A stretch of 64,000 nucleotides of DNA from an uncultured Alphaproteobacteria bacterium (GTDB lineage: Bacteria; Pseudomonadota; Alphaproteobacteria; Rhodobacterales; Rhodobacteraceae): contig OY969718.1 of assembly GCA_963702145.1 (NCBI GenBank), forward strand, positions 938,247 to 1,002,246. Reading direction: 5' to 3'. The translations under genes were made by a program, and so were the position numbers. The notes under the pieces were generated by a model. It worked only from the letters and a program-made list of their open reading frames with translations. It ran no database searches and had not been told where the DNA came from. Of the stretch, positions 33,022 to 42,835 are shown piece after piece (position 1 is the first letter of the stretch; every line of letters starts with the position of its first letter).

Positions 33022-34230
33022 TCACCGCGCCCGCATCTCGTCGGGGTTGAAGGTCATCTCGATCTCGCGCCACTGCTCGTACTTCTCCGCCGGCAGGTCG
33101 AAGCCCGCGCGCCCGCATTGCAGGATCGCCCGTCGTCCGGCCTCGTAGGCCTGTTGCGCGGCGGCCTCGGACCCGCCCGAGAAGCCGGTGAGGCGCAGGC
33201 TGTCCGTTTGCGGCAGCCCGTCGCGGGTCATCGACATGAAGATCGTCACCGTCGTCCCCATCGCCTCCGTCGAGAGGCTGCCGAGGTTCCAGCAGCGACT
33301 GACGGCGACGCGCAGCCCGTCCCGCTCGCCCTGCGTGAGCGGCGGCCCGGAGGGCGCGGACGGCGCGGGGGCGGACGGCTCGGCCGCCTCGGCCAACGCA
33401 TCGGCGATGGCGTCGGCCAGCGGGTCCGCCGCGGGCTCGACCGGCTCGGGCTCGGCCGCCGCGACCTCCGGCTCCGGCTCCGGTTCGGGCGGCGGGGCGG
33501 GCGCAGCCTCCGGTTCCGTCGCGGGTTCCGGCGCGGACGGCGCCGTCTCCGCCACGACGGGGACGGGCGGCGCGGGCTTGCGGTTCGGCCGGGGCGAGCG
33601 TTCGGGCGCGCGGGCGGGATTCATGTCCTCGGTCACGATCACGGGCGCCGTCGCCTCGGGCGCGGCGGGGGTCGGCGCCTCCTCCGGCGGGGTCTCGGGC
33701 TCGACGGGCGCGGGCGTGGCCGGCGCTTCCGCGACCGGCGCGGTCTCCGTCAGCGGGGGCGGCGCGGGGGTGGGCACGGCCGTCACGATGTCGGCCTCCC
33801 GCGGCGCGGGCGTGTCGGAGATCGCCGCGTCGGGCGCATCCGCGGGCGAGGCCGGCGCCGGCGGCGTCTCGGACGCGACCTCCGCCTCGGGGGCCGCGAG
33901 CCGGCTCGTGTCGGGCACGTCGTCCCGCACGGCGGAGGCAAGCGCGTCGGGCGGCGGCGCGACCGGCGGCGCCGTCTCCTCCGCCGGTGCGGCCGGGGGC
34001 GGGGTGGCGTCGGCCTCGGGTTCGACCGGGGCGGCGGGCGCCGGCACCTCCGCGAGATCGGGCGCGTCCGACACCAGCGCGTCGAACTCCGCCGAGGACA
34101 CCACCGACACGGCCGCCACGCTCACGCTGTCCTCGTTCGGGGCCGGCGGGAACAGGCCGGCGACCAGCGCCCAGAGCAGCGCGCCCCCATGCGCCGTGGC
34201 CGACAGCGCGACGGCCGTGCGGCGTTCCAC
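33022..34230 (-). CDS. tolA: TolA-like energy transducer (Pro/Ala/Glu-rich)
   Basis: N-terminal TM SATAHG, long P/A/E linker, C-terminal AVSRCWN...AGRRAILQC...EIEMTFNP. Lies between tolR and tolB. Confidence 0.85.
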   Translation of the reverse strand: MERRTAVALSATAHGGALLWALVAGLFPPAPNEDSVSVAAVSVVSSAEFDALVSDAPDLAEVPAPAAPVEPEADATPPPAAPAEETAPPVAPPPDALASAVRDDVPDTSRLAAPEAEVASETPPAPASPADAPDAAISDTPAPREADIVTAVPTPAPPPLTETAPVAEAPATPAPVEPETPPEEAPTPAAPEATAPVIVTEDMNPARAPERSPRPNRKPAPPVPVVAETAPSAPEPATEPEAAPAPPPEPEPEPEVAAAEPEPVEPAADPLADAIADALAEAAEPSAPAPSAPSGPPLTQGERDGLRVAVSRCWNLGSLSTEAMGTTVTIFMSMTRDGLPQTDSLRLTGFSGGSEAAAQQAYEAGRRAILQCGRAGFDLPAEKYEQWREIEMTFNPDEMRAR

Positions 34231-34231
34231 G

Positions 34232-34717
34232 CTACTCCTCCGCCGTGCCGTCGAGCGTCGGACCCCCGGCATCCGTCACCAGGCCGATATTGCGGAAGCC
34301 CCCGGCATTGAGCGCCCCCATCACGACCATCACGTCGGAATAGGGCACCGTCCCGTCGGCGCGCAGGAACACCTTGTCGCCCTGCCGCTCGCCCGCGATC
34401 GCCCGCAGCCGCGGCAGGAGTTCGTCGCGCGGCACCTCCTGGGAGCCGATAAGCACCCGCCCGTCCGCCGCTACGGTCAGCGCCAGCGGCTCCTCCTGCT
34501 CCTGCGGCAGCGGCGCGGCGGCCGTCTCCGGCAACTCGATCGGCACGCCCGCCGTCAGCAGGGGGGCGGCCACCATGAAGATGATGAGCAGTACCAGCAT
34601 CACGTCCACGAAGGGCGTGACGTTGATCTCCGACATCGGCCGGGCGCCACCCGACCCGCGCCGCCGCCGGCGCCCGGTATTGCCGCCGCCGCCCGGCTGG
34701 ATCGTGTGCGCCGCCAT
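34232..34717 (-). CDS. tolR: TolR
   Basis: MSEINVTPFVDVMLVLLIIFMVAAP, VFLRADG..PY. Confidence 0.95.
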   Translation of the reverse strand: MAAHTIQPGGGGNTGRRRRRGSGGARPMSEINVTPFVDVMLVLLIIFMVAAPLLTAGVPIELPETAAAPLPQEQEEPLALTVAADGRVLIGSQEVPRDELLPRLRAIAGERQGDKVFLRADGTVPYSDVMVVMGALNAGGFRNIGLVTDAGGPTLDGTAEE

Positions 34718-35416
34718 TCAGGCGGCGTCCAGCTGGCGCGACAGGATGGTGGCGAACTCGTCGGCGAAGGCCTCGTAATTGCCGGTGATCCGGTCCGCGT
34801 CGCGCGACAGCTTGTTGTAGAACACCACCGCCGGGATCGCGGCGAGCAGGCCCAGCCCCGTCGCCAGCAGCGCCTCGGCGATGCCCGGGGCCACGACGGC
34901 GAGGTTGGTGTTCTGGCTGATCGCGATCTGCTCGAAGGCGTGCTTGATGCCCCAGACCGTGCCGAAGAGGCCGATGAACGGCCCCGTCGAGCCCACGGTG
35001 GCAAGAAAGGTCAGCCCCGAGGTCAGCCGGTCGCGCTCCTTGGCGATGGCCACGTCCATCGTCCGGTCGATCCGCGACTGCGTGCCCGCGATCAGCCCGC
35101 CGTCGTCGCGATGGCTGCGCGACCATTCCTGCATCGCGGCGGCGAAGATGCGCTCGGAGGCCGATTTCGGCCGCTCGCCGATCTTCTCGTAAAGCTCGTC
35201 GAGCGGGTCGCCCGACCAGAACGCCCGGTCGAAGGCCGCGGCGCGGGAGCGGGCGCGGCGGAACTGCATGACCTTCTGGATCAGGATCGCCCAGACCCAG
35301 ATCGACGCCGCGAACAGCAGGATCATCACGATCTTGACGATGAACGTCGCGCGCAGGAACAGCGCCCAGATCGAAAAGTCGATCTCGCCGGCTCGCGCCA
35401 GTACTTCGGTTTCCAT
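34718..35416 (-). CDS. tolQ: TolQ
   Basis: FLATVGSTGPFIGLFGTVWGI, VVAPGIAEALLATGLGLLAAIPAV. Confidence 0.97.
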   Translation of the reverse strand: METEVLARAGEIDFSIWALFLRATFIVKIVMILLFAASIWVWAILIQKVMQFRRARSRAAAFDRAFWSGDPLDELYEKIGERPKSASERIFAAAMQEWSRSHRDDGGLIAGTQSRIDRTMDVAIAKERDRLTSGLTFLATVGSTGPFIGLFGTVWGIKHAFEQIAISQNTNLAVVAPGIAEALLATGLGLLAAIPAVVFYNKLSRDADRITGNYEAFADEFATILSRQLDAA

Positions 35417-35729
35417 CGGACTGCCCGTCCCTTGCCGCCGGACCGTTGCTCGGCCCCTTGTTTCGAGGGCGAAGGCTAGCAGATGCCGACAGCCTTGGCG
35501 AGGCGCGCCGCTCGTCCTACGAAATTGTGAGCTTCGTTAAGGCAACGCGCGAAGTCTGTGCGAACGGCACCGGCTTCCTTCCGGCGTGGCACGGGGGCAG
35601 CACGGGTCTACTGTCAGATGCCGGGAGGATCGAAGCGTTTGCTGTTCCTTCCGTTCGAACAGGCGTCCAGTCGGCCAGACCAGCAATAATCCTGATCTGA
35701 TCCGATCCTAAAAGCCGCCACGCCCGGCG

Positions 35730-35802
35730 CAGGCCGGGCAGCCCCGACCGCCCCCATGGGCGGGGGCTTCACCCCCACCCGCGGCCGGGGGCAGCCCTCT
35801 CC
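35730..35802. repeat. Second REP-like GC-rich element between ybgC and tolQ
   Basis: GCCCCCATGGGCGGGGGC imperfect palindrome followed by TTCACCCCCACCCGCGG. Recalled as resembling a Rhodobacteraceae dispersed repeat. Confidence 0.45.
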
Positions 35803-35810
35803 GCATCCTG

Positions 35811-36209
35811 TCAGGGGTCGTCGGAAGTCTTTATTCCGGCGAGCTCCGCGGGCAGCCGCCTTGGCCTCCCGTCCGTGTCCATGCACACGATCGTCACCCG
35901 CGCCCGGAACAGGTCGGTCCCGTCCCGCCGCACCGTCTGCTCCAGCACGAAGCGCACCCGCGACACCGCTGCGACGCTCGTCTCGATCTCCAGCGTGTCG
36001 TCGTAGCGGGCGGGCCGCAGGTAATCCGCCTCGACCCGCGTCACGGCGAAGACGTGCCCCGCCGCGCGCATCGCGGCCTGATCGATCCCGGCGGCGCGGA
36101 TCATCTCGGACCGGGCGCGCTCGATGAAGCGGAGATAGTTCGCGTAGTAGACGATCCCGGCGAGATCGACGTCCTCGTAATAGACCCGGACCGGCCAGAG
36201 ATGCGTCAT
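35811..36209 (-). CDS. ybgC: Tol-Pal-associated acyl-CoA thioesterase YbgC
   Basis: VRVYYEDVDLAGIVYYANYLRFIERARSE, DYLRPARYDD. Confidence 0.95.
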   Translation of the reverse strand: MTHLWPVRVYYEDVDLAGIVYYANYLRFIERARSEMIRAAGIDQAAMRAAGHVFAVTRVEADYLRPARYDDTLEIETSVAAVSRVRFVLEQTVRRDGTDLFRARVTIVCMDTDGRPRRLPAELAGIKTSDDP

Positions 36210-36277
36210 CGTCCCACCGTGCGCTGCGCGAATTTATTCATGTCCTGCAAACGATTACCCACGGGTAACCCGGCGCC

Positions 36278-36910
36278 TCACTGCCGCCGTCCCGTGCGCG
36301 CCGCGAGGCGAAGCGCGTGGCTCGCATCCTGCGACATCGCCGGCAGGACCGGGTCGTAGGCCGCCCGCAGCACCTCGGCGATCTCGGGCCGCAGCACCGT
36401 CTGCCCCTCGTGGAGGGCGAGCGGCGAGGTCTCGCCGAAGGCCCTGTCGGACCAGAGCAGCATCGCCTGCACCATCTGGTTCAGGGCCAGCGTGTCCGCC
36501 GGCACGTCCGACAGATGCGCGTCCATGCGGATGAAGGCGAAGCAGGCCCGGATCGCGCCGTCCGCGTCGAAGCGGAACAGCCGGTACTGGTTCGCCTCCG
36601 CCGCTTTCAGCCGGCCGAGCAGCGGGCCGAGGTCGGGCACCAGCAGGTCGAGGTCGGGCACGCCGGAAAGCTCCGCCCAGTCGGAGACGAAGAACACCAT
36701 CAGGTTCGCCCCGAGCTCCGGGTCCGTCTCCGCCATCCGGTGGTCGGTCAGCACGCAGAGCGCCTCGATCGCGCCCTTCAGGACCGAAATCGTCTCCTCC
36801 GTCACGCCGAACACGACCGGCACGATCGGCCGGCCCCAGCGGGCGAAGAGGAACGTGCCGTCGGCGCGGGTGAACAGGGCTTCGACGTCGTTAGGATCGA
36901 TCGCATTCAT
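36278..36910 (-). CDS. Conserved hypothetical protein
   Basis: LFTRADGTFLFARWGRPIVPVVFG...ETDPELGANL...YDPVLP, with typical codon usage. Confidence 0.8.
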   Translation of the reverse strand: MNAIDPNDVEALFTRADGTFLFARWGRPIVPVVFGVTEETISVLKGAIEALCVLTDHRMAETDPELGANLMVFFVSDWAELSGVPDLDLLVPDLGPLLGRLKAAEANQYRLFRFDADGAIRACFAFIRMDAHLSDVPADTLALNQMVQAMLLWSDRAFGETSPLALHEGQTVLRPEIAEVLRAAYDPVLPAMSQDASHALRLAARTGRRQ

Positions 36911-37004
36911 GGGGCAGGCGTGCCATGCCCGTTCCGGAGGGTCCACCCGTCTGGACGCCGCGAACGGGGTTGCGTAGGGCGAAGCCTGTCGAATGGAGGC
37001 GCCC

Positions 37005-37889
37005 ATGGCCGAGATCACCCCCGCGAGCTGGACCGCGCTGACGACGCTGGAGGACCAGGCCGCCGCCGAGGGACTGGGCGCGGCGCTCGAGGAGCAGCTG
37101 GAACCGGACGGGGTCGGCGTCTTCGAGATGGAGGACGGCTCGGGCCTCTGGGAGGTCGGCGCCTATTTCGCCGAGGCGCCCGACGAGACCGCGCTCGCGC
37201 TCCTCGCCGCGGCCTACGGCGCCCGGCCCTTCGCCGTCTCCGAGATCCCGCCCACGGACTGGGTCGCGCATGTGCGACGCGAGCTGCGCCCCGTCGAGGC
37301 CGGGCGCTTCTTCGTCTACGGCAGCCACGATTCCGACCGGGTGCCCGAGGGGCGGGTCGCGCTGCTGATCGAGGCGGCGATGGCCTTCGGCACCGGCCAT
37401 CACGGCACGACGCAGGGCTGCCTGGTGGCCTTCGAGGCGCTGCTCGCCGCCGGCCGCGCGCCGGGGCCCGTCGCCGATATCGGCGCCGGGACGGCGGTGC
37501 TGGCGATGGCGGCGGCGAAGGTCTGGGCGGACGTGCCGGTCCTCGCCTCCGACATCGACGCGGTCGCGGTCGAGGTGGCGGCGGCCAACGTCGCGGAGAA
37601 CGGTTTGTCGGGGCGGATCGACTGCGTCGAGGCCGCCGGATTCGATCACCCCGCGCTGGCCCGAACCGCGCCGTTCGACCTGATCTTCGCCAACATCCTG
37701 AAGGGGCCCCTGATCGAGCTCGCCCCCGACCTCGCGGCGCACGCGGCGCAGGGCGGGCACGCGATCCTGTCGGGCCTCCTGAACCCGCAGGCGGACGACG
37801 TGATCGCCGCCTACCAGGCGGCGGGCTTCGCGCTGGCGGACCGTCTGACGCTCGGCGACTGGACGACGCTGACGCTTCAGCGCCGCTGA
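37005..37889 (+). CDS. prmA: 50S ribosomal protein L11 methyltransferase
   Basis: IEAAMAFGTGHHGTT, DIGAGTAVLA, SDID..AV, DLIFANIL, LSGLL. Confidence 0.95.
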   Translation: MAEITPASWTALTTLEDQAAAEGLGAALEEQLEPDGVGVFEMEDGSGLWEVGAYFAEAPDETALALLAAAYGARPFAVSEIPPTDWVAHVRRELRPVEAGRFFVYGSHDSDRVPEGRVALLIEAAMAFGTGHHGTTQGCLVAFEALLAAGRAPGPVADIGAGTAVLAMAAAKVWADVPVLASDIDAVAVEVAAANVAENGLSGRIDCVEAAGFDHPALARTAPFDLIFANILKGPLIELAPDLAAHAAQGGHAILSGLLNPQADDVIAAYQAAGFALADRLTLGDWTTLTLQRR

Positions 37890-37893
37890 CGCG

Positions 37894-37922
37894 AAAAGGG
37901 CCGCCCGGGAGGGGCGGCCCTT
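37894..37922 (-). terminator. Intrinsic terminator between convergent prmA and the DUF1127 gene
   Basis: 11-bp stem AAGGGCCGCCC / GGGCGGCCCTT, followed by TTTT on the minus strand. Confidence 0.8.
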
Positions 37923-37956
37923 CGCGACCGGGGCTTGCGAGTGACGTCCGCCGGAA

Positions 37957-38151
37957 TCAGCGCCGGCGGGCCCAGGAAACGATGTCGCCGCGCTCGAGGC
38001 CGATGTCGTAGAGTTCCCGGTCGGTGAGCCGGTGAAGCATCTTCAGCGTCACCCGGCGGTCGTTCCAGGAAATGATCCGGCCAAGGATCGCGGAGAGGAG
38101 ATTGGTCGCCGGTGCGGGGCGGGCGGTGCGGAAATTGTCGAAGGTGGCCAC
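37957..38151 (-). CDS. DUF1127 small arginine-rich protein
   Basis: WNDRRVTLKMLHRLTDRELYDIGLERGDI is the DUF1127 signature. GTG start inferred (64 aa). Confidence 0.9.
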   Translation of the reverse strand: MATFDNFRTARPAPATNLLSAILGRIISWNDRRVTLKMLHRLTDRELYDIGLERGDIVSWARRR

Positions 38152-38237
38152 GGGGGTAATCCTGTCAGGCGGTGCGAACGGGGGGATGGCGGCCATACCG
38201 ACCGCCGCTGTTACAGGCAGGTAAGCGGCGTTCGCAA

Positions 38238-38258
38238 CTTGCACAATAATAATGCAAG
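38238..38258. promoter_or_regulatory. Inverted repeat CTTGCA-N9-TGCAAG in the AT-rich divergent DUF1127/ruvC promoter region
   Basis: Perfect 6-bp arms read from the sequence. Candidate transcription-factor operator. Confidence 0.45.
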
Positions 38259-38418
38259 CATGGCCGATATGCGCGCATCACATGACCGGTTTGCGAATCC
38301 TTACCGTGGCCTGCGGGCCGACACGTCCCAGCTGGCACCGGCGGTTCGCCCGCGCGGGTGGCCTGCCGCCGACGGCTATGCTACGCCATGACCAAATCAA
38401 GAACATCGGGCAGGTCGG

Positions 38419-38916
38419 ATGCGCGTGATAGGGATCGATCCGGGGCTTCGCGCCTGTGGCTGGGGCGTCATCGAGGTCGACGGCTCGCATGTCCGGCACG
38501 TCGCGAGCGGCACTTGCCGGCCCGAGGGCGACGCGCTGTGCGACCGCCTCCTGTCGCTGCACACGCTCCTGCGCGCGGTGGTCGCGGCGCAGGCGCCCGA
38601 TGCCGCGGCGATCGAGCAGACCTTCGTGAACAAGAACGGGCAGGGCACGCTGAAGCTCGGCCAGGCCCGGGGCGTGGCGATGCTCGTCCCCGCCCAGGCC
38701 GGGCTCCGGGTCGGGGAATACGCGCCGAACGCGATCAAGAAGGCGGTCGTGGGCGCCGGCCATGCCGACAAGGCGCAGGTCCTGCACATGGTACGGCTGC
38801 AGCTTCCGGGCTGCGACCCGGATTCGGCCGACGCGACCGACGCGCTCGCCATCGCGCTCTGCCACGCCTTCCACCTGCGATCGTCGAGCCGTCTCGCGGC
38901 CGCGCTCCGGGCGTGA
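38419..38916 (+). CDS. ruvC: Holliday junction resolvase RuvC
   Basis: [38 protein letters not shown]. Confidence 0.97.
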   Translation: MRVIGIDPGLRACGWGVIEVDGSHVRHVASGTCRPEGDALCDRLLSLHTLLRAVVAAQAPDAAAIEQTFVNKNGQGTLKLGQARGVAMLVPAQAGLRVGEYAPNAIKKAVVGAGHADKAQVLHMVRLQLPGCDPDSADATDALAIALCHAFHLRSSSRLAAALRA

Positions 38917-38920
38917 CGGC

Positions 38921-39570
38921 ATGATCGGGCGGCTGACCGGACGGCTCGACCACAAGGGGGAGGATCACGTCCTGCTCGACGTGAACGGCGTGGGCTACAT
39001 CGTGCATTGCTCGGACCGCACCATCGCCGCGCTGCCGCCCGTGCGCTCGCCGGTCGCGCTCTGGACCGAGCTTCTGGTGCGCGAGGACCTCCTGCAGCTC
39101 TTCGGGTTCCTCACCCTGCAGGAGCGGGAATGGCACCGGCTCCTGACTTCGGTGCAGGGGATCGGCGCGAAGGGCTCGCTCGCCATCCTCGGCGTGCTGG
39201 GCGCGGACGGGGTGGCGCGGGCCATCGCGCTGGGCGACGCGAACGCGGTGAAGGCCGCACCGGGGGTCGGCCCGAAGATCGCGCTGCGCGTGGTCAACGA
39301 GCTGCGCGGCAAGGCGCCGGCGATGATGCTGAAGGAGACGGGCGCGGACCCCCTGATCGAGACCTCCGGCCCGGCGCCCTCCGCCGAGCCCGTCCCGACG
39401 GGGAACAGGCCGGGCTCGCCGGCGCGCAGGCCGAGGCGCTGTCGGCGCTGTCGAACCTCGGCTACGCGCCGGTGGACGCCGCGCGCGCGGTGGCGCAGGC
39501 CGCGGACGGGGCCACCGACACGGCAGGCGTGATCCGGGCCGCGCTCAAGCTGCTGGCGCCGAAGGAGTAG
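38921..39570 (+). CDS. ruvA: Holliday junction branch-migration protein RuvA, frameshifted near 39400
   Basis: MIGRLTGRL...VQGIGAK...[15 protein letters not shown] lies in one frame. Domain III ([12 protein letters not shown]...IRAALKLL) lies in another frame. Confidence 0.92.
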
Positions 39571-39573
39571 GTG

Positions 39574-40593
39574 ATGGACCGCGAGCCCCTTCTCGACGCC
39601 GACGCGCCCGACGAGATCTCCGACGACCGGGCGTTGCGGCCGCAGCGGCTCGACGAGTTCATCGGGCAGAAGGAGGCGCGGGCGAACCTGCGCGTCTTCA
39701 TCGAGAGCGCGCGGCGGCGGGGGGAGGCGATGGACCATGTGCTGTTCCACGGCCCGCCCGGCCTCGGCAAGACGACGCTGGCGCAGATCATGGCGCGCGA
39801 GCTGGGTGTGGGGTTCCGGATGACCTCCGGGCCGGTATTGGCCAAGGCCGGTGACCTGGCCGCGATCCTGACCAATCTCGAGCCGCGCGACGTGCTCTTC
39901 ATCGACGAGATCCACCGGCTGAACCCGGCGGTGGAGGAGGTGCTCTATCCCGCGCTGGAGGATTTCGCGCTCGACCTCGTGATCGGGGAGGGGCCGTCGG
40001 CGCGGACGGTGCGGATCGACCTGCAGCCCTTCACGCTGGTGGGGGCGACGACGCGGTTGGGGTTGCTCACGACGCCGCTGCGCGACCGGTTCGGCATCCC
40101 CACGCGGCTCGAGTTCTACACGGTGCCGGAACTGCACCAGATCGTCACGCGGGGCGCGCGGCTGCTCGGTGCGCCGGCGACGGAGGACGGCGCGCAGGAG
40201 ATCGCGGAGCGCGCGCGGGGCACGCCGCGGATCGCCGGGCGGTTGCTGCGCCGGGTGGTGGATTTCGCCGTGGTGGAGGGGGACGGGACCGTCACGCGGG
40301 AGATTGCGGACAGCTCGCTTACCCGGCTGGGTGTCGACCGGCTGGGCCTCGACGGGGCGGACCGGCGCTACCTGCGGCTCATCGCGGAGAATTACGGCGG
40401 CGGGCCGGTGGGGGTGGAGACGATCTCGGCCGCGCTGTCGGAGAGCCGCGACGCGGTGGAGGAGGTGATCGAGCCCTTCCTGCTGCAGCAGGGCCTGATC
40501 GCGCGGACGCCGCGGGGCCGCGCGCTCGGGCACAAGGGTTGGACGCATCTGGGGCTGGCGGCGCCGACGCGTGCGCCGGACCTGTTCTCCTGA
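39574..40593 (+). CDS. ruvB: Holliday junction helicase RuvB
   Basis: [42 protein letters not shown]. Confidence 0.98.
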   Translation: MDREPLLDADAPDEISDDRALRPQRLDEFIGQKEARANLRVFIESARRRGEAMDHVLFHGPPGLGKTTLAQIMARELGVGFRMTSGPVLAKAGDLAAILTNLEPRDVLFIDEIHRLNPAVEEVLYPALEDFALDLVIGEGPSARTVRIDLQPFTLVGATTRLGLLTTPLRDRFGIPTRLEFYTVPELHQIVTRGARLLGAPATEDGAQEIAERARGTPRIAGRLLRRVVDFAVVEGDGTVTREIADSSLTRLGVDRLGLDGADRRYLRLIAENYGGGPVGVETISAALSESRDAVEEVIEPFLLQQGLIARTPRGRALGHKGWTHLGLAAPTRAPDLFS

Positions 40594-40707
40594 GGCCGCA
40601 CCGGGTCCGCCCGTTCGGTGCGGCTGCGCGCAGGTACGTCGCAGACCCTGACCTTTCCTCCTCCGGGCGGGGGGCGTAGGGGAGGCCGGAGACTCGCGAG
40701 GCTCTCC

Positions 40708-41355
40708 ATGATCAAGCTCGACATCCTGTCAGACCCGATCTGCCCCTGGTGCTATATCGGCAAGACCCACCTGTTCCGGACCCTGAGCCGGCGGCCGGAC
40801 CATCCGTTCGTGCTGGAATGGCACCCGTATCAGCTGAACTACGACATGCCCGCGGGCGGCATGGACCGGCGTGCCTATCTCGAGGCGAAGTTCGGCGGGC
40901 GCGAGGGGGCGGCGAAGGCCTACGCGCCGGTGCTCGACGCGGCCGAGGCGGCGGGACTGACCATCGATTTCGGGGCCATCGCGCGCACGCCGAACACGCT
41001 CGACGCGCATCGCCTGATCCACTGGGCGGGGCTGGAGGCGAAGCAGACGCCGGTCGTGCAGGCCCTGTTCGAGGGGTATTTCGAGCGGGGCCAGGATCTC
41101 GGCGACACGACGGTGCTGAGCGGGATCGGCGTCGCATGCGGATTGGACGAAGACATGCTGGAACGATTGTTCGCCTCCGACGCGGATCGCGAGGACATCC
41201 GGGCGCGGGACGCTCATGCGCGGGAGCGGGGCGTGACCGGCGTGCCGACCTTCGTCATCGGCGGGCAGCACGTGGTCACGGGCGCGCAGCCGCCGGAGCT
41301 CTGGGCGCAGGTCATCGACGAACTAGTCGCGGCCCCCGGGGAGGACCGGGCGTGA
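40708..41355 (+). CDS. DsbA/FrnE family oxidoreductase
   Basis: SDPICPWCYIG, PNTLDAHRL, GVTGVPTFVI, GAQP. Confidence 0.92.
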   Translation: MIKLDILSDPICPWCYIGKTHLFRTLSRRPDHPFVLEWHPYQLNYDMPAGGMDRRAYLEAKFGGREGAAKAYAPVLDAAEAAGLTIDFGAIARTPNTLDAHRLIHWAGLEAKQTPVVQALFEGYFERGQDLGDTTVLSGIGVACGLDEDMLERLFASDADREDIRARDAHARERGVTGVPTFVIGGQHVVTGAQPPELWAQVIDELVAAPGEDRA

Positions 41356-42626
41356 GCGCGCCGGCGGACGTCCCGGCACAGGCCATCGCGCCCGAGCGGG
41401 CGCGGGCGCTTTCGGAGGTCGAGTTCATCGCGCTGATGGCGATGCTGGTGGCGACGATCGCCTTTTCCATCGACTCGATGCTGCCGGCGCTGCCCCAGAT
41501 CGGGCAGGAGCTTTCGCCCGGCAACGCCAATGCGGCGCAGCTGGTGATCGTGGCCTTCGTCTTCGGCATGGGGCTCGGCACGTTGTTCACGGGGCCGCTG
41601 TCGGACGCGCTCGGGCGCAAGAACGTGATGCTGGGCGGGGCGATCCTGTACTGCGTGGGCGCGCTCGCCGCCGCCGCCGCGCCGAGCCTCGAGATGGTGT
41701 TGCTCGCGCGGATCGTGCAGGGGCTGGGCGCCAGCGGGCCGCGCGTGGCGGCGCAGGCGATGATCCGCGACCTCTATGCCGGGCGCGGGATGGCGCGGAT
41801 CTCGAGCTTCGTGATGATGACCTTCACGCTCGTCCCCGCCTTCGCGCCGCTGATCGGGTCGCTCATCATCGACGTGGCGGGCTGGCGCGGGCTGTTCGCG
41901 GCCTTCGTGCTGTTCTCGGCGGTGACCTCGGCCTGGCTGGCGCTCCGGCAGCCGGAGACGCTGCCCCGCGCGCTGCGGCGTCCGATGCGGCTGACGCCGC
42001 TGCGCCTGGCCTGTGGCGAGGTGCTGGCGCATGCGAACGTGCGGCGCTCGATCCTGATGCAGACGCTGGTCTTCGGCGTGCTCTTCGGCACGATCACTTC
42101 GGTGCAGCAGGTCTACGACGTCTCCTTCGGTCGGGCGGAGAGCTTCCCGGTCTGGTTCTGCATCGTCGCGCTGATCTCGGGGACGGCCTCCTTCGTGAAC
42201 GCGCGGCTGGTGATGCGGCTGGGGATGCTGTGGCTTCTGCGACGGGCGCTGATGGTGCATTTCGTCCTGTCGATCGCGCTGCTCGCGGCCTGGTCCTCGG
42301 GAATGTTTCCGCGAGACGCCCTGTTCGCGCTGTTCCTGCTCTGGCAGATCGGCACCTTCGCGATGGCGGGGTTCACCATCGGCAACCTGAACGCCGTGGC
42401 GATGCAGCCAATGGGGCATATCGCGGGGATGGCGTCCTCGGTGATCGCCGCGGTGAGCACGGTCCTCGCCGTCGTCGTCGCCGCCGCGATCGGGCTCTCC
42501 TTCGACGGCACGCCGGTCCCGCTCGCCTTCGGGGCGGCGATCTGCATCGCGCTCGCGCTGCTGATCTCGCGCCGGCTGGAGGAGGAACCGATGGACCTGC
42601 CCGCGATGGGGCAAGCGGCGCATTGA
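41352..42626 (+). CDS. Bcr/CflA family MFS efflux transporter
   Basis: IDSMLPALP, GPLSDALGRK, ARIVQGLGA, AMIRDLY, PETLP. GTGA-coupled to dsbA. Confidence 0.92.
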   Translation: MSAPADVPAQAIAPERARALSEVEFIALMAMLVATIAFSIDSMLPALPQIGQELSPGNANAAQLVIVAFVFGMGLGTLFTGPLSDALGRKNVMLGGAILYCVGALAAAAAPSLEMVLLARIVQGLGASGPRVAAQAMIRDLYAGRGMARISSFVMMTFTLVPAFAPLIGSLIIDVAGWRGLFAAFVLFSAVTSAWLALRQPETLPRALRRPMRLTPLRLACGEVLAHANVRRSILMQTLVFGVLFGTITSVQQVYDVSFGRAESFPVWFCIVALISGTASFVNARLVMRLGMLWLLRRALMVHFVLSIALLAAWSSGMFPRDALFALFLLWQIGTFAMAGFTIGNLNAVAMQPMGHIAGMASSVIAAVSTVLAVVVAAAIGLSFDGTPVPLAFGAAICIALALLISRRLEEEPMDLPAMGQAAH

Positions 42627-42835
42627 GGGCGGCGGACCCGGTTCGGGGCCGTTCCGGTCCATGAAGCGCTCGGGCCCCGTGATGTGACGGGCCATGGGGG
42701 CACCTCACGCCAGGGCAATGATCCGCCGGTCTGCCGGGCCGTGCCTGACCGCATCCCGGGGGCTCGGCCCCGCCTGCAAACGGGACCTGCCATCGCCATA
42801 GCGACCTCGCGGTCCCATCCCGTCGTCCCGCGGCG

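Noticed and set aside
33022-34230. Pro/Ala/Glu repeats in TolA as a repeat element
   Set aside because: Ordinary low-complexity periplasmic linker.
35420-35720. Possible sRNA in the long, lower-GC tolQ upstream region
   Set aside because: No convincing terminator or known RNA motif. More simply explained as tol-pal promoter DNA.
37920-37960. CcsR/cuckoo sRNA array downstream of DUF1127
   Set aside because: No repeated CCUCCUCCC hairpins. Only one CUCCC loop in the terminator.
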